Shown: positions 61,455 through 64,000 of the stretch, piece after piece
Numbering within the stretch: position 1 is the first letter of the stretch
Layout: the number at the start of each line of letters is the position of its first letter
From: an uncultured Acidobacteriota bacterium
GTDB taxonomy: Bacteria; Acidobacteriota; Thermoanaerobaculia; Gp7-AA8
Reading direction: 5' to 3'
NCBI GenBank assembly: GCA_963822445.1
Contig: CAWGHO010000002.1
Span: 2,144,001-2,208,000 of the forward strand
Length of the DNA stretch: 64,000 nucleotides
Position numbers and translations under genes: made by a program
The notes under the pieces: model-generated
Databases searched by the model: none
What the model saw: the letters and a program-made list of their open reading frames with translations, nothing else
What the model was told of the DNA's origin: nothing

Positions 61455-61647
61455 CGTCTGTCGCCTGAGCTGCGGCGGGTTCACCGACGCAAACGGCAGA
61501 GCGGCGCGGCCGTTGCCGCGACCAACGCCTTTTCAGGCAGGAGCGACCTGCAACGGACGTGACGCCGCGCAGGTTGGAGTCGGCCGAGTCGGCTCGGCCG
61601 ACGGGCCACGAAGACAGCCCGCCGACAGCTCCTGGCAGTAGTTAGGG
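61449..61647 (-). repeat. attC site 55, inverted relative to all others
   Basis: Reverse complement reads CTAACTACTGCCAGGAGCTG...CAGCTCAGGCGACAGACGTTAGGC, same subtype as attC 12/15/52. Confidence 0.9.
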
Positions 61648-61706
61648 CATCAATATACTTGCCTCACCTGTCGAGAGACGGTAGGATGCTGTAACAGTCC
61701 TAATCC

Positions 61707-62633
61707 ATGGCCGATAAGCCTTTGGTTCACCCGCTCTCGCGGTCGCAGTTCTATGCCGAATGCCTCCGGCACGCGACCACCGGCGCATGGGGTTGGATAG
61801 GCAACGTGTCCACCGTGATGGCACTCGCTCTACCGCTAGTGAAGTCGTTGTGGCCGAAGGCTTACGCGCAAGCCGCTGCCCTGCTGGCGTCTATGCGTCT
61901 GGGCGAGGAGTTGCTCTGGATCTTTCCGATGTCGGCAGGTGCGCTGATTTTGGTGGCTCGGTTCCTTACGGCTGGCTTTCTCATTTATTCCAACAAGCCA
62001 GCGGGCGTGGCATCGGTGGCCCCGCCAAAACCGAAGGTGAAATTGCAGGCGCATCGCTATCAAGTGAAGGTAGAAACAAGTCACTTGTCTCCGATTCTGC
62101 AGCGCGTTGTTAAGGGCACTTTTTATACCACCGCAATTCGTGGTCATAATTTCGGAGAAGCGGACGCGGTCAACGTGCGAGCCGTTATCGCGATTCCGCA
62201 TACTGACTACACCATGGACGTAGCTATAGACCAAGTAGGGCGAACGGAGCCGGTCAAGGCTGAAGTTGACCTTCTCGTCGCTGGCAAGCCATGGAAGGGT
62301 TCCACGACGGACAACATAACTGCTTTTTTGCGGGAGGCGCGGACGCAGTCTTTCAAGAATGCCGAAGCGCACCAGAATCAAACCGCAAAAGGCGGCGGAG
62401 AAGAAAGCGCTGAAGCGCTACAGATCAGCCGAGATGCAGTCTACGCTGTAGCTGGGCAGGAAGAGATCGGCTCGAATCTGGTCGTTGAGTTCGAGGCTAC
62501 GTATGCTGACTTTGAGGGTGCACCATTCAGTAAGCGGCACGTGTTGACGTTTACGCCGAAAGGGAAGCTGACGATTACTCTCGATCAGAAATCGGCGGCA
62601 GCGCCTGTTCCCGGCCCGGAGCGCGCTTCCTAG
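61707..62633 (+). CDS. Hypothetical 2-TM membrane protein
   Basis: 308-aa ORF; no attC downstream. Confidence 0.7.
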   Translation: MADKPLVHPLSRSQFYAECLRHATTGAWGWIGNVSTVMALALPLVKSLWPKAYAQAAALLASMRLGEELLWIFPMSAGALILVARFLTAGFLIYSNKPAGVASVAPPKPKVKLQAHRYQVKVETSHLSPILQRVVKGTFYTTAIRGHNFGEADAVNVRAVIAIPHTDYTMDVAIDQVGRTEPVKAEVDLLVAGKPWKGSTTDNITAFLREARTQSFKNAEAHQNQTAKGGGEESAEALQISRDAVYAVAGQEEIGSNLVVEFEATYADFEGAPFSKRHVLTFTPKGKLTITLDQKSAAAPVPGPERAS

Positions 62634-62763
62634 GCTCATGCTTAGCCACGTCCCTCTTATCGACTCGGAACAGCGCGCGCGCGAGCCGCTGGAATCGCTC
62701 CCAGCCTTCGCGGGCTTCGGCCTCGGGAATGGGTTTCTCGTCCATGCCGCGATGATACGCCCG

Positions 62764-63048
62764 TCAGTACTCAACCACGAACGTCTCACGCTGCACCGGC
62801 CCGCGACGGGGCTGCATGCGGCTGCGAATGACGGAGCGGTTCTCGTCCACGAAGTCCCGCGCGGCCTGCTCCAGCCGCTCCCGTGCTTCCTCCAGCGTCC
62901 GCCCGTGTACCGAGACTCCGATCAGCTCCTCGACAGTGCCCGTAAAGCCGTCCGCGTCTTCGACGTAGATCGCCGTGAGCATGGCGCGGTATTCGGTGAA
63001 GTCGTGAAGGACCGGCCCGCGCTTGGAACTCTTCCGCTTCGTCGCCAT
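62764..63048 (-). CDS. HicB-like domain protein
   Basis: GGAGG RBS; 'GFTGTVEELIGVSVHGRTLEEARERL'. Confidence 0.75.
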   Translation of the reverse strand: MATKRKSSKRGPVLHDFTEYRAMLTAIYVEDADGFTGTVEELIGVSVHGRTLEEARERLEQAARDFVDENRSVIRSRMQPRRGPVQRETFVVEY

Positions 63049-63121
63049 GAGATTCCTCCCGAAGCGACAGGATACTGTCTGTTGCGGGGCAACACAATCG
63101 TGTCCCATCACACCGTACGTG

Positions 63122-63340
63122 ATGGCGTCCGATGCCGCACAGCTTCGCTCCCTCGGGAAGAGAGTCCGCGAGTTACGGAAAGCGCGCGGGTTGAGTCAGG
63201 AGCGGCTCGCGGAACTCGCCGAGGTTCACGAGAACCACATCCGACGAATCGAGGCAGGAACGGCGAATCCGTCCTACCTGGTTCTGCTCAGGATCGCCCG
63301 CGCGCTGGATGTGCGCGCGGGCAAGCTGATCGAAGAGTAA
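63122..63340 (+). CDS. XRE family HTH transcriptional regulator
   Basis: 'LGKRVRELRKARGLSQERLAE...IRRIEAG.ANPS'. Confidence 0.9.
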   Translation: MASDAAQLRSLGKRVRELRKARGLSQERLAELAEVHENHIRRIEAGTANPSYLVLLRIARALDVRAGKLIEE

Positions 63341-63375
63341 GGCGTGAAGCTATCGCTTACCGCGACGCTGGCGCT

Positions 63376-64000
63376 TCACGCCTGCTCTGCTCGGATCAAA
63401 TCCTTGTAGGTCAGGCGCGCGGTCGGGAACATCGCCATAGCGCGAAGGAAGCGCTGGCTGTCGTCCGTCTTGCGGTTGTTGAACCGGAAGCACTGCTCGT
63501 CCACGTAGGCGGCGAGGTGGTACGGCTCAACGGAAACGTAGGTGCCGGACAACCCGCGCTGAAGCAGCGACCAGAAGTTCTCTACGCCGTTCGTGTGGAC
63601 GTTGCCGTTCACGTATTCGATTTCGTGATTCACGAACTCGTGAAAGAACCGCTCCGCGAAGCGCGGATAGGCATAGCCTTCGTCCGTCATGAGCGTAGAG
63701 CCTTCCTCTACGTGCTCTTCAAGGAACTCGGCACGCGGTTCAACCTGACCGTTAGCGAGGATCTGCGCGCGGACTTCACCGTTACGCTCAAGTACGGCCT
63801 GCACAAGAGTCTTACCGATTGCGCCGCGCATGTTGCGCGCGCCCTTCGCGTCGCTCTCGGCTCGCACCCTCGCCTTCCGCGAGTCGTGCATGTTCTTGAA
63901 CAGGCCGCCGATAAAACACTCGTCAGCTTCCACTATGCCGGACAGCTTTTTGTTAAAGGTCTTCGCTTTGATAGCGGCGCGAATCCTGTGCAGCATAAAC
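63376..64000 (-). CDS. IS1595 family transposase (5' part outside window)
   Basis: 'VEADECFIGG...TDE...VNH..EYV.GNVHTNGVENFWSLL...YVDEQCFRFNNR'. Confidence 0.92.
   Translation of the reverse strand, partial: FMLHRIRAAIKAKTFNKKLSGIVEADECFIGGLFKNMHDSRKARVRAESDAKGARNMRGAIGKTLVQAVLERNGEVRAQILANGQVEPRAEFLEEHVEEGSTLMTDEGYAYPRFAERFFHEFVNHEIEYVNGNVHTNGVENFWSLLQRGLSGTYVSVEPYHLAAYVDEQCFRFNNRKTDDSQRFLRAMAMFPTARLTYKDLIRAEQA

Larger units (their letters stand above)
505..61647 (+). mobile_element. Integron gene-cassette array (55 attC sites, 54 complete cassettes; no intI/attI in window: CALIN or distal part of a superintegron)
   Basis: Regular alternation of 1-2 ORFs with ~190-200 bp imperfect inverted repeats bounded by RYYYAAC and GTTRRRY. 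In 53 of 54 cassettes the starting GTTRRRY is the reverse complement of that cassette's own R''. Many ORF stop codons (TAA) lie inside R''. Confidence 0.95.

Noticed and set aside
380-61647. Many Arg/Ala-rich ORFs overlapping the repeats (for example 'PNVYRLSC', 'NYCQELSAGR', 'MSCWAATR')
   Set aside because: Shadow ORFs across GC-rich attC and gene-less repeats; frames shift between copies and they cross cassette boundaries.
505-61647. CRISPR array interpretation of the repeats
   Set aside because: Repeats are ~190 bp with gene-sized inserts and R''/R' boxes; no cas genes.
1-64000. Integron integrase, attI or Pc
   Set aside because: No ORF with tyrosine-recombinase motifs; cassette orientation predicts them upstream of position 1 if present.
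1-64000. tRNA or rRNA genes
   Set aside because: No canonical tRNA or rRNA sequence recognised; the multibranch fold in the gene-less cassettes lacks tRNA consensus motifs.

Overview
Almost the whole window (505-61647) is one very large integron-type gene-cassette array. It has 55 attC-like sites of about 187-200 bp (R'' RYYYAAC ... R' GTTRRRY, covarying L boxes) that delimit 54 complete cassettes. No integron integrase or attI is visible, so it is either a CALIN or the distal part of a sedentary chromosomal integron. The host is GC-rich and, judging from secreted-protein motifs, probably Acidobacteriota/Thermoanaerobaculia (inference). Cargo is dominated by candidate anti-phage genes (5 TIR, about 8 HEPN/DUF4145-like, SIR2-like, Mrr/PD-(D/E)xK nucleases, proteases), six toxin-antitoxin pairs and secreted or membrane proteins. 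The most unusual content is non-coding. (1) A family of 10 gene-less ~290-bp cassettes has its own attC subtype and compensatory base changes. (2) A ~330-bp structured leader element occurs in 7 cassettes, with a sequence-variable but near-perfect 20-23 bp stem around a conserved loop and a hairpin module shared with attC. (3) A motif recurs at a fixed position 41-43 nt after the crossover. (4) Many cassette genes have leaderless -10 boxes. An IS481 sits in an attC R'' box of a duplicated cassette, the last attC is inverted, and a partial IS1595-family transposase ends the window. Family calls come from motif recognition only; no database searches were run.
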